Numbered from the stretch's first letter, positions 21,739-31,083 are shown. The stretch: 64,000 bases of DNA from Phycisphaeraceae bacterium (GCA_040905565.1 JBBDRF010000012.1:96001-160000), one strand, 5' to 3'. The notes: a model not told the origin generated them from the letters alone. Numbers and translations are program-made.

Positions 21739-22542
21739 ATGGACGATCACAAACACTACGCCATGGATTCGCGATTCGAGAAGTATCAATCCTTTTTCGA
21801 TCACAGGTGGGCCCGACACTTCAGCGAGGCCGCAGTTGGGAAGGGACTATCCGAGGCCTCATTCAATCTGCTTTTTTCGTGGAAGGCTGCAGCTAATGCG
21901 TTTCGCCTGCCGTGGTCGTCGGTCATGATGCTCAAAAATTTTGCCGAGGCCGCGATGATTCGCAAAACACCCCCTGAGGATTTGCTTGCCGCGCTTGCCG
22001 CTAAGGTCTCGCGCAATATGGATGGGAGTTGGACTACGCAGCACGCGGAAGCATTGCGTTCGGAAATAGCGGTTCTCAGTGATCAAATAAGCAGCGCGAT
22101 GGAGGCGGCGGCACCCTATGCATTCGATCCCGCGACCGCGTGGGAGGAATTGATCAAGGACCATGAATTTGCGATGAGCGTTATCGCTAACACTCGGAAC
22201 GCATACGTCGCGGTTTGGCAAGGCTATGAGAACTTCGTTGTGTGGTGCGTCCGGCACAAGACAGGGACGACAATCAGGATTGACCGCAACTTTCCAGGCC
22301 GATTGTGCAAAGCCTTCAATGTTGACATTGCAAGGCACTGCTGGATTGACGCGCGTCCTGAAGCGGCCCGTTTGATTCGAAACGCTATCGTTCACAATGG
22401 TGCGCGTGAAACTCCTCAGTTACAACGTATCGAGCACGATATTGCGGTGATCAATGGGGAGTTGCAAATCTGGCCCGATGACGTAGCGATTCTCTACAAC
22501 CACCTGCAGCAATGTGTCGATCAACTCGTCGATGGGATTTGA
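21739..22542 (+). CDS. Hypothetical protein with HEPN-like RxxxxH motif; lower GC than flanks
   Basis: IRNAIVHNG near the C-terminus, upstream YENF. Hand counts on two 60-nt lines gave 50-55% GC versus about 67% on a line of the adjacent pirin gene. Confidence 0.6.
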   Translation: MDDHKHYAMDSRFEKYQSFFDHRWARHFSEAAVGKGLSEASFNLLFSWKAAANAFRLPWSSVMMLKNFAEAAMIRKTPPEDLLAALAAKVSRNMDGSWTTQHAEALRSEIAVLSDQISSAMEAAAPYAFDPATAWEELIKDHEFAMSVIANTRNAYVAVWQGYENFVVWCVRHKTGTTIRIDRNFPGRLCKAFNVDIARHCWIDARPEAARLIRNAIVHNGARETPQLQRIEHDIAVINGELQIWPDDVAILYNHLQQCVDQLVDGI

Positions 22543-22660
22543 TGGTAGATCGCGAACCTCGGACGTCATCCTGAACGGTGGACAGGGCGAAGGGGGCGGT
22601 GAAAGCATGCGCACGCGAAGCGTGCTTCGTGCCGGTGGGTGCCCATCTTGGGCCAGCCCC

Positions 22661-23110
22661 TCAAATTTTAAACGGTCCGCGGGGCTCATCGTCGTCGTCG
22701 GACTGATCGATCGTGCCTGCGGATTCGTCGGACGGGCTACAGGTGGGGGGGGTGGGATCGTTGGGGCCGCCGAAGAGGCCCGAGAGGCCGGGGATATCGA
22801 ACCCGCCGGCGGCTTTCTGCATTTCTTCCTGGAGCAGGCGCTGGACCTTTTCCATGCCGTCGTTGATGGCCGCGGCGATGAGTTCTTCGACAATGACCTT
22901 GTCGTCGCCGGCGATGCCCATCAGCAGGTTCTGATCGAGTTCGACCTTCATCGCCTGGCCCTTGCCGTTGAGCGTGACACGCACCGCGCCGCCGCCTGCT
23001 TCGCCCTCGACGGTGCGATTGGCGAGCTCTTCTTTGAGCTGCTCGGCCTTCTCTCGAATGGCGCCGGCGTTCTTCATCAGGTTGCCGAAGTTCTTGAACT
23101 GATCAAACAT
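22661..23110 (-). CDS. ybaB: YbaB/EbfC nucleoid-associated protein with acidic C-terminal extension
   Basis: VEGEAGGGAVRVTLNG, EELIAAAINDG; directly downstream of dnaX. Confidence 0.9.
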   Translation of the reverse strand: MFDQFKNFGNLMKNAGAIREKAEQLKEELANRTVEGEAGGGAVRVTLNGKGQAMKVELDQNLLMGIAGDDKVIVEELIAAAINDGMEKVQRLLQEEMQKAAGGFDIPGLSGLFGGPNDPTPPTCSPSDESAGTIDQSDDDDEPRGPFKI

Positions 23111-23507
23111 CGTTGAAATCCTCGTCGTCGTGGGTAAGCGTTGAGTCGTCTGTGTCGATTTCGCTGGGGGGCGCGGTGGGGGGGTGGAGAGGCGGACGGT
23201 CGCGGAGGTCGACGAGGCGGGCGTCGAAGGCGTCGGCGATCTCGCGGACCAGTGGCAGGTTCATGGCGGCGTCGCGCTGCTGCTGGGTCATGACCTGACG
23301 CCGCCGGGGCGAGGCTGACTCGGCAGCAGATGTCGATGGCCGGTTGGGGGCGGCAGGTTCGGTGAACGACCGCGTGGGACCGGTGTTTGCCGGGGCAGAC
23401 GAAGCGGTTGCCGATGCTGCGGGACGCCGTGCCGGAGCCGCAGTGGAGGCGGTGGGGGGACTGGGGGGGGGCGTCAGTTTTGGGCTAACGCCCCGCGTGC
23501 TTTTTTT
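23103..23507 (-). CDS. dnaX: C-terminal (tau-specific) part of DnaX, encoded in the -1 frame
   Basis: The -1 frame is open from the A7 run to TGA at 23105-23103: KKSTRGVSPKLTPPPSPPTASTAAPARR (Pro/Ala/Ser linker) then QRDAAMNLPLVREIADAFDARLVDL, resembling tau C-termini. Confidence 0.8.
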   Translation of the reverse strand, partial: KKSTRGVSPKLTPPPSPPTASTAAPARRPAASATASSAPANTGPTRSFTEPAAPNRPSTSAAESASPRRRQVMTQQQRDAAMNLPLVREIADAFDARLVDLRDRPPLHPPTAPPSEIDTDDSTLTHDDEDFNDV

Positions 23508-23522
23508 GAGCCATCGCCTCCC
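23468..23522 (-). promoter_or_regulatory. Programmed -1 ribosomal frameshift cassette
   Basis: GGGAGG (23522-23517), 9 nt, A AAA AAA (23507-23501), 6 nt, then hairpin GGGGCGUUAG-CCCAAAA-CUGACGCCCC (23494-23468). Confidence 0.8.
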
Positions 23523-24700
23523 ACCCCCCCGGTCCCCCCGGCCCCCCCGGCCTTAAGCAGGGCGGCGACGTCGGCGAACTTCTCGCTCAGCGCCAGCCGC
23601 ACCAGGGCAGCATCGAGCAGGGCCCGAGGCGTGGCGGAGTTGCGCGATGTCCGCTGCAGGTTCTCCAGCAGCACGATCATGTGCACCAGCGCTTGCGTGT
23701 CGAACTTGGCCGCCTGTTCAGCTGCCTGCTTGCGGGAGGCGTCGTCCAGCTCGACCAGATCGCTGTCGGCACCGCAGGCGTCGACGAGCATGAGGCTGCG
23801 GAGGTGGTCGATCAGCACGACCAGCAGCTGGTCCTGCGCGATGCCTCGGCTGAGCAGGGCCTCGGCGTGAACGAGGGTGGCGGCGGCGTCGCCGGCGGCG
23901 AAGGCGTCGACCAGCTGGAAGATATGCTGACGGTCGGGCAGGCCCAGCATCCGCTCGAGCAGCTGCCCGGTGACAGGCGATTCGCCCGTCGCCAGAAGAC
24001 GATCGAGCAGCGAGAGGGCGTCGCGCATGGACCCGTTGCCGAGGCGGGCGACCTGGAACAGCACGCCGTCTTCCGCTTCGATATTTTCCTTGGCGATCAC
24101 TCCACGCAGATGCTCGACGATGCGGCCGGTCGGAATGTTCTTGAAATCGAACCGCTGACAGCGCGAGTGAATCGTCGGCAGCACCTTGTGCGGTTCGGTC
24201 GTGCAGAGGATGAACTTCAGATGCGAAGGCGGCTCTTCCATGATCTTCAGGAGCGTGTTGAACGCGTCCTTGGTGAGCATGTGCACTTCGTCGATGATGT
24301 AAACTTTGAAGCGGGCGTTGCCGGATGGCGCGAGGCCGGCGTTCGCGATGAGCTTGCGGGCATCGTCGACGCCCCGGTTCGAAGCACCGTCGATCTCGAT
24401 AACGTTCATGTCCTCGCCGCGCATGATGGCGTCGGCCATACGCTGCTGGACGTCCTCCGCAGGGTATTCCACGCCATCGGGCTTGGGGCAGTTGGCGACG
24501 GTGTCGGGGGCGTTGAGGGCGCGGGCGAAGATGCGGGCGAGGGAGGTTTTGCCCACGCCTCGCGTGCCGCTGAAGAGGTAGGCGTGATGCAGACGGTCCC
24601 GGGCGATGGCGGCCTTGAGCGTCTGCGCAATCGGCTCCTGGGCCACGACATCGTCGAAGCTTTGCGAGCGGTAACGGCGAGCGAGAGCGGTGTAGGACAT
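23474..24700 (-). CDS. dnaX: DNA polymerase III subunit gamma/tau (frame-0 product, 408 aa, gamma-like)
   Basis: MSYTALARRYRSQSF, Walker A GTRGVGKT, IIDEVHML, EEPP, SRCQRF, GSMRDALSLLD. Confidence 0.95.
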   Translation of the reverse strand: MSYTALARRYRSQSFDDVVAQEPIAQTLKAAIARDRLHHAYLFSGTRGVGKTSLARIFARALNAPDTVANCPKPDGVEYPAEDVQQRMADAIMRGEDMNVIEIDGASNRGVDDARKLIANAGLAPSGNARFKVYIIDEVHMLTKDAFNTLLKIMEEPPSHLKFILCTTEPHKVLPTIHSRCQRFDFKNIPTGRIVEHLRGVIAKENIEAEDGVLFQVARLGNGSMRDALSLLDRLLATGESPVTGQLLERMLGLPDRQHIFQLVDAFAAGDAAATLVHAEALLSRGIAQDQLLVVLIDHLRSLMLVDACGADSDLVELDDASRKQAAEQAAKFDTQALVHMIVLLENLQRTSRNSATPRALLDAALVRLALSEKFADVAALLKAGGAGGTGGVGGDGSKKARGALAQN

Positions 24701-24790
24701 GGGAGGCTTCGCTTTTGAGCGGGGGCAACCCTCGTCCATCGGCGGCGGAAGGGCACGGCGCCCGCGCGGCAGGCGACGAAGGGCACAAAA

Positions 24791-24924
24791 ACACATCGGA
24801 TCGGCGAGCGACCAGGACACCAACGGCACCGGGCAACGGCCGCTTATGGCTGCTGCGATCAAGCCCTGACCAGGTTCACGGGCTACCCGTGCATCGGGCC
24901 CGGCCGCTCGCCGATCCGACGTGC
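24791..24924 (-). ncRNA. ffs: Signal recognition particle RNA (4.5S)
   Basis: Helix-8 signature GUCAGG-N10-AGCAGCC; perfect 15-bp terminal helix (24796-24810 with 24905-24919); followed by a U-run; usual position upstream of dnaX. Ends are approximate. Confidence 0.85.
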
Positions 24925-24978
24925 GAGGCACATGATAGGGCCGATCGGGCGGATGGGCAAAGGGCGGGCCTGGGGCGG

Positions 24979-25063
24979 AATGCTCAAGCCCCAATGCCCA
25001 ATGCCCAATGCTCAAAGGCGGTACGGGTCCTGTTGAGCATTGGGCATTAGGGCATTGAGCATT
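24979..25063. repeat. Inverted repeat built from AATGC(C/T)C heptamers
   Basis: AATGCTCAAGCCCCAATGCCCAATGCCCAATGCTCAA, a 17-nt spacer, then TTGAGCATTGGGCATTAGGGCATTGAGCATT. Confidence 0.8.
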
Positions 25064-25142
25064 TCACGGACTTGATGTTCGAGCCTTGGGGGCTTTTAAT
25101 GGTGGACTCAGACGCAAAGCCTTTTACGCCATGGAGCGTTCG

Positions 25143-25715
25143 ATGAACGACGCAGCCTCGACCGAAACCGCCCCCACCCACGACCATCCCACGCTCAAGC
25201 GCCTCAAGGATAAGTTCGCCGGCTCCGGGCTGCGGGCGGCACAGTTCCGCGAGCAGACCACGGTCGTCGTCCCTAAAGAGAAGCTGCACGAGCTTTTGCA
25301 GTTCCTCCGGGACGATCCCGAATCGCGCTACGACCTGCTCTCGGATGTCTGCGGCGTCGACTACCTTAACTACCCCGGTGCGGAGGGACGCTTCGGCGTC
25401 ATCTACAACCTCGTGTCCACGCAGTTCAATCGGCGGTTCTTTGTGAAGGTGCTGCTCGATGCGACGCTCGACACCAGCGGCATCGTCGACGATCCCGGGC
25501 TGCATATTCCGACGGCCACGGACCTCTGGCCCGGGGCTGAGTGGAACGAACGCGAAGTGTTCGACATGTTCGGCATCCGCTTCGATGGCCACCCCGATCT
25601 CCGCCGCATTCTGATGTGGGAAAGCTACCCCGCGCATCCGCTGCGGAAAGATTATCCCATCACCGGCCGCGGCGAACGCGAACAGTACCGCGTGCTGGAC
25701 CGCGACTCGGCCTGA
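25143..25715 (+). CDS. nuoC: NADH-quinone oxidoreductase subunit C
   Basis: LSDVCGVDY, WNEREVFDMFGIRFDGHPDLRRILM, HPLRKDYP. Confidence 0.93.
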   Translation: MNDAASTETAPTHDHPTLKRLKDKFAGSGLRAAQFREQTTVVVPKEKLHELLQFLRDDPESRYDLLSDVCGVDYLNYPGAEGRFGVIYNLVSTQFNRRFFVKVLLDATLDTSGIVDDPGLHIPTATDLWPGAEWNEREVFDMFGIRFDGHPDLRRILMWESYPAHPLRKDYPITGRGEREQYRVLDRDSA

Positions 25716-25718
25716 GTT

Positions 25719-27575
25719 TCAGGGGCGAGACGTCGGTTGATCGTCGGGGGTGTTGACCGCTTCGTCGGGTATAGTGGCGGTGGGGCGGATTTCGCCGCTC
25801 GCCAGGCGTTTGCGGTAATCGGCCAGCATCTTGGCTGCGGTGCCGCTGAGCAGCACCATCACGATGATGTTGGGGAACGCGGCGGCGAAGAAGGTGATAT
25901 CGGCAAAGGCGACGATGTTGGCGACGCCGATCATCGGGCCCAGCAGCACCAGCAGCACGAAAAAGACGCGAAACGGCGTGACGGCACGCGGGCCGAGCAG
26001 GTATTCCGCCCCGCGGTCGCCGTAGTAGCTCCACGAGATCATCGTCGAGTAGGCGAACACCAGCACTGCGGGGACCAGGCAATAACCGAGCATCCAGTGC
26101 ACCTCAGCGAAGGCCGTCGCGGTCAGCACCGCCCCCTCAAGCGTGGTGCCGGGCTCGCCTTGAAGATGCACGGCGGTGATCAGAATCGTCAGGGCGGTCA
26201 TCGAGCAGATGACGATCGTGTCGATGAACGGCCCGAGCATAGCGACGAGGCCCTCGCGCACCGGCTCACGGGTTCTCGCAGCGGCGTGGGCGATGGCGGC
26301 GGAACCGATGCCCGCTTCGTTGGAGAACATGCCGCGGCGCATGCCCATGATCAGCACGCCGATGAACCCGCCGTAGATGGCGGGCCCGGTGAACGCCTCG
26401 GCGAAGATGCTGCCGATGAGGGCGGGGACGTCGGCGAGGTTCGCGAGGATGATCACCAGACAGACGGCGACATAGAAGACGCACATGGCGGGGACGATCT
26501 TGCTGGCGACGCTGCCGATGCGGCGGATGCCGCCGATGATCACGATACCGACGAGCAGGGCGAGGGCGACGCCGAACGTCCAGCGGACCTCCTGCCCCTG
26601 CAACGGTGAGATGACCGCTGCACTGATGCCGTAGCTGGTCTTCGTCTGGAACAGTGCGACGCCGAATGCTGCACAGATGATGAACACGGCATACGCAGCG
26701 GCCAATACCTTCGCTGTGGGCTTCCACGCACCGCCCCAGCTGCCGAGCCCGTCGGCGATGACCACCATCGGCCCGCCGAGCACGTGACCGTCTTTACCGA
26801 TGCGGCGATGCACCTGGCTGAGCGTGCATTCGCAGAACTTCATGCTCATGCCGAGGAACCCGCTCAGCCACATCCAGAATACGGCTCCGGGTCCGCCGGC
26901 TGCGATGGCGATGGCGACGCCTGCGATGTTGCCCAGCCCCAGCGTGGCCGATAGGGCGGAGCTGAGGGCCTGGAAGTGGGAGATTTCGCCTTTGTCGCGA
27001 GGGTCGTCGTACCTGCCCAGGGTGCAGGCGAGACCGTGGCCGAACATGCGTAGATGGACGAGGCCGAAGCGCAGCGTGAAAAACAGCCCGCCCGCCAGCA
27101 GCACGATGACGATGAAGGGGATGCCGCCTTGCCGTGAGCGGGCACCCTCGGTGACGGGGTCGATGCCGTTCGCCTCCAGGTAAGCCATCGCCGCCTGCTG
27201 CTTTGCGGCGGGGACGAGTACGGCACGGCCGTCGGACTCCTCCGTTTCATCGACCCACGTGACGATGTTCGCGCCGCCGTCGCTTGGCCGTCCGCTCAGT
27301 TCGGCCGCCACCGCCTCGGCTGAGGCTTCGTCGCCGTGATAGACCTCGACAGCTTGGCTGCGGAACAGCGGGACGGCGATGAAGTAATCCCAAAGGGGCC
27401 CAGAGATGTACGTGCCAAACCATGCGTCGATGCGATCGGCGGTGGTCGGCTGAGGCTCAGGAACCGCCTCGGCCTCGGCGGCAAAAACGGGGCCGCTCAG
27501 CGTTCCCACCAACATCAATAGTACCGCAAAGATCGACAAGAAACGGGAAGCGTGTCGCATCACAACATCCTGCAT
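25719..27575 (-). CDS. Alanine/glycine:cation symporter (AlsT/AgcS family) with N-terminal extension
   Basis: ISHFQALSSALSATLGLGNIAGVA, GGPGAVFWMW, RRGMFSNEAGIGSA, FIDTIVIC, SWSYYG. Confidence 0.92.
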   Translation of the reverse strand: MQDVVMRHASRFLSIFAVLLMLVGTLSGPVFAAEAEAVPEPQPTTADRIDAWFGTYISGPLWDYFIAVPLFRSQAVEVYHGDEASAEAVAAELSGRPSDGGANIVTWVDETEESDGRAVLVPAAKQQAAMAYLEANGIDPVTEGARSRQGGIPFIVIVLLAGGLFFTLRFGLVHLRMFGHGLACTLGRYDDPRDKGEISHFQALSSALSATLGLGNIAGVAIAIAAGGPGAVFWMWLSGFLGMSMKFCECTLSQVHRRIGKDGHVLGGPMVVIADGLGSWGGAWKPTAKVLAAAYAVFIICAAFGVALFQTKTSYGISAAVISPLQGQEVRWTFGVALALLVGIVIIGGIRRIGSVASKIVPAMCVFYVAVCLVIILANLADVPALIGSIFAEAFTGPAIYGGFIGVLIMGMRRGMFSNEAGIGSAAIAHAAARTREPVREGLVAMLGPFIDTIVICSMTALTILITAVHLQGEPGTTLEGAVLTATAFAEVHWMLGYCLVPAVLVFAYSTMISWSYYGDRGAEYLLGPRAVTPFRVFFVLLVLLGPMIGVANIVAFADITFFAAAFPNIIVMVLLSGTAAKMLADYRKRLASGEIRPTATIPDEAVNTPDDQPTSRP

Positions 27576-27677
27576 AAGCGAAAATGAACAGCCGAATCGT
27601 CAGCTTAGCCTGTGCAGATGGCCGTCCCACGTCAAGGCGCAAAAGCCGATGGCCTGACGCCGTCGAAGTCAGGAACC

Positions 27678-27712
27678 AAAAAAAACGCCCCGACCATCAA
27701 AGGTCGGGGCGT
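27678..27712 (-). terminator. Rho-independent terminator of gap
   Basis: CGCCCCGACC/GGTCGGGGCG 10-bp stem, 6-nt loop, U8 tail on the minus strand. Confidence 0.85.
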
Positions 27713-27782
27713 CGTCAAAATCTAGCTACCACGTTCGCCACGCACTTTCAGCACGCTTGGAACGGTGGGGGCAGGTGGGGTC

Positions 27783-28988
<1,206 letters not shown>

Positions 28989-29010
28989 TCACGTGGACAG
29001 GTGGGGCGGC

Positions 29011-29772
29011 TCAGTCCTGCGAGATGGTGATGGTCGAGACGTAGCGGTCGGCGGGGGTGAGCCGTTCCATGTAGTCCACGAAGGGGCGATACAGCCCCGG
29101 CTCGCGAACGGCACTGTAAACACGATGGACGCTGTCGATCCGGGCGACATTGTCCAGCGTCAGCGTGACATCCACCAGTTCGCCGTTTCGCACGATGTGA
29201 AGCGTCATCTCCTCGCCAGCTTCGTACTCCGCGAGGTAGTCACGAAACCGCTCGACGGTCAGATCGCTGGCGAAACGTGCCCCATCGAGCCCGATCACCA
29301 TATCGCCAGCATGGAGGTGGACGAAGGCGGGGAAGCCCGGGACGGTTTCGGTCAGCAGCACGGCAGGGCCATCAAGCTCGGAGAAGTCGTCCGCTTTGAG
29401 CACACGCTCCATGCCGCGCTCGCCGAGGTCGATGCCGAGGCCGCCTCGGCCGCGATCGAGCGGTGCGTCGATCGGGTTCAAATCGTGGTAGTAGCGGTGC
29501 ATGGCCACTTGTCGCAGGCGGTGGACCTGTTCGGGAATCTCAGCCTCGCCCAAAGCGGTCGTCAGCTGTTCCTCGGTCAGCGGCTCATAGGCCATGAGCG
29601 CCCGCGTGGCCTGCTCACGCGTGTCGTAATCGGCATCGGCGAGCTGGGCGACCAGTCGTTCGACGGAGGTTTGTGAAGGCGCAGCATCTTCCGCGAATGT
29701 GGGGGCTGCGGTCATCACGAAGGTCACAAGGACCGCAAGTCCGAGAGCCTTATCCCGAAGGTAATACGTCAT
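29011..29772 (-). CDS. Exported PDZ-domain protein
   Basis: Signal peptide, HEAT-like helix (LADADYDTREQA), GGLGI, PAFVHLHAGDMVIGLDG, TLHIVRNGE. Confidence 0.75.
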   Translation of the reverse strand: MTYYLRDKALGLAVLVTFVMTAAPTFAEDAAPSQTSVERLVAQLADADYDTREQATRALMAYEPLTEEQLTTALGEAEIPEQVHRLRQVAMHRYYHDLNPIDAPLDRGRGGLGIDLGERGMERVLKADDFSELDGPAVLLTETVPGFPAFVHLHAGDMVIGLDGARFASDLTVERFRDYLAEYEAGEEMTLHIVRNGELVDVTLTLDNVARIDSVHRVYSAVREPGLYRPFVDYMERLTPADRYVSTITISQD

Positions 29773-29859
29773 AAGCACCTCATGCGAAACCTCCGCATTG
29801 TAGCACACGCTGCGGTCGGGACGAACAACCGCTTGATTCACGGGCCAGCGGTGGGGGGG

Positions 29860-30984
29860 TCAGTTGAGCAGGTTCGCCAGGTCGTCGGCGTGTTCCTGAA
29901 GCCAGCGAACCTTGCGTTCGATCATCAGCATAAAGCCCACGCCGTTCATGCGGGCGAAGGAGCCGGTGGCGGCGACGGGGATCACGCTCTCGGCGATCAG
30001 GGCTTCGATCATCAGCCAGGGCACGACGCGCAGCTCGGATTTGCTGATCACGTTCACGCCGTCGTACCCGCGGAGGAAGCCTTTGAAGCGTTCTTCGTCG
30101 ATGCAATCGGGCCAGTGGGAGGCATCGTCGCCGCCGCCGAGGATGGAGAACTGGAGCGCGCCGTTGGCGACGTCGATCACACGCTGTTGCAGGCGGGCGG
30201 CGTCGTAGTCGATCACGCCCACCACGCGCGCCCGGCGGAAGAGCATGTTGCCCGGGTGCCAATCGCAATGGATGATCTGCATGGGCCAGTCGGTCAGGCC
30301 GATCTCGTTGGCGCGGGTGGCGGCTTCGTTGTAGCTGGTGTGGAGGAAACGGCAGACCTGCTCGATTTTCGCGCCGTTGGTTTCCCACTCGGGATCCATG
30401 CGTTCGAGGGTCTGCGTCACCTGCTGCATGGCGTTCTGCACGCCTCGCGAAGCATGGTATGACCCGCGCGGAGGTTCGTACTCGGGGTTGTAGGCCGAGG
30501 CGAGCTTGTGGAAGACGCCGAGCGTTTTGCCCGCATCCTGCGTGGCCTGGAGGGAGTTGTCGTAGCCGGTGCCGTTGATGAACTCGAAGACTTCGTAGAT
30601 GGCTCCCTTCCACTGAAGCATCGAGTTGTTGTCCCGGCGGGTGCCCACCAGGTGCGGCAGCGGGAACTGGCGCGAGGCCAGGTACAGCTGCAACGAATGA
30701 CAGAAGGCGACCTTGAACGGATCGTCCTTCCCACGCGCCCGGCGCTTGAGCAGATAAGTATCTTTTTCGGTGCGGAGCAGGGCTTTGGGAGCCCGGCGGG
30801 AGCCTCGGGGGTACTGCTGAATGGCTTCGATGACGCCGAGGTCGAAATGGCTGAGCACGATCGCCAGTTCGTCGGCGTTGAACCGTTCCCGCTCTTCGCT
30901 GGAGCCGAGCGCAGACATCTCAGCGCCGGCACTGCTGGTCACGACGGTGGCGGTACTCGTTTTGCCGGGGTCCATCTTTGACAT
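29860..30984 (-). CDS. Aminoglycoside-phosphotransferase / type II homoserine kinase-like phosphotransferase
   Basis: YLLKRR, Brenner-type IHCDWHPGNMLF, GVIDYD. Start is uncertain. Confidence 0.8.
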   Translation of the reverse strand: MSKMDPGKTSTATVVTSSAGAEMSALGSSEERERFNADELAIVLSHFDLGVIEAIQQYPRGSRRAPKALLRTEKDTYLLKRRARGKDDPFKVAFCHSLQLYLASRQFPLPHLVGTRRDNNSMLQWKGAIYEVFEFINGTGYDNSLQATQDAGKTLGVFHKLASAYNPEYEPPRGSYHASRGVQNAMQQVTQTLERMDPEWETNGAKIEQVCRFLHTSYNEAATRANEIGLTDWPMQIIHCDWHPGNMLFRRARVVGVIDYDAARLQQRVIDVANGALQFSILGGGDDASHWPDCIDEERFKGFLRGYDGVNVISKSELRVVPWLMIEALIAESVIPVAATGSFARMNGVGFMLMIERKVRWLQEHADDLANLLN

Positions 30985-31083
30985 CTCAGTCACGCGTCCA
31001 GCTGAATGATCGCATAGCCGTGAACCAGACCGTACCACGCAAACCCACCGCCCCCAGCATGCCTTCGCCCAGAAGCGGAGGGG

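Noticed and set aside
21582..22628. 9-bp direct repeat CGCACGCGA (21582, 22610) and 9-bp inverted repeat GAAGCACGC (21702, 22620) around the HEPN-motif gene as mobile-element ends
   Set aside because: Short GC-rich matches are plausible by chance; the two pairs do not nest as TSD plus terminal IR; no transposase is present.
23103..23291. Independent 62-aa ORF
   Set aside because: Its frame is open upstream to the A7 site, and it is better explained as the tau C-terminus.
24701..25015. 105-aa N-terminal extension of DnaX in the ORF track
   Set aside because: It runs through the SRP RNA gene and the heptamer repeat; the conserved DnaX start is MSYTALARRYR at 24700.
24979..25063. CRISPR array or tRNA
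   Set aside because: The units are 7 bp with no unique spacers, there is no cloverleaf and there are no cas genes.
29860..30984. Aminoglycoside resistance gene
   Set aside because: Only the generic kinase fold is evident, in a housekeeping context with host-like composition.
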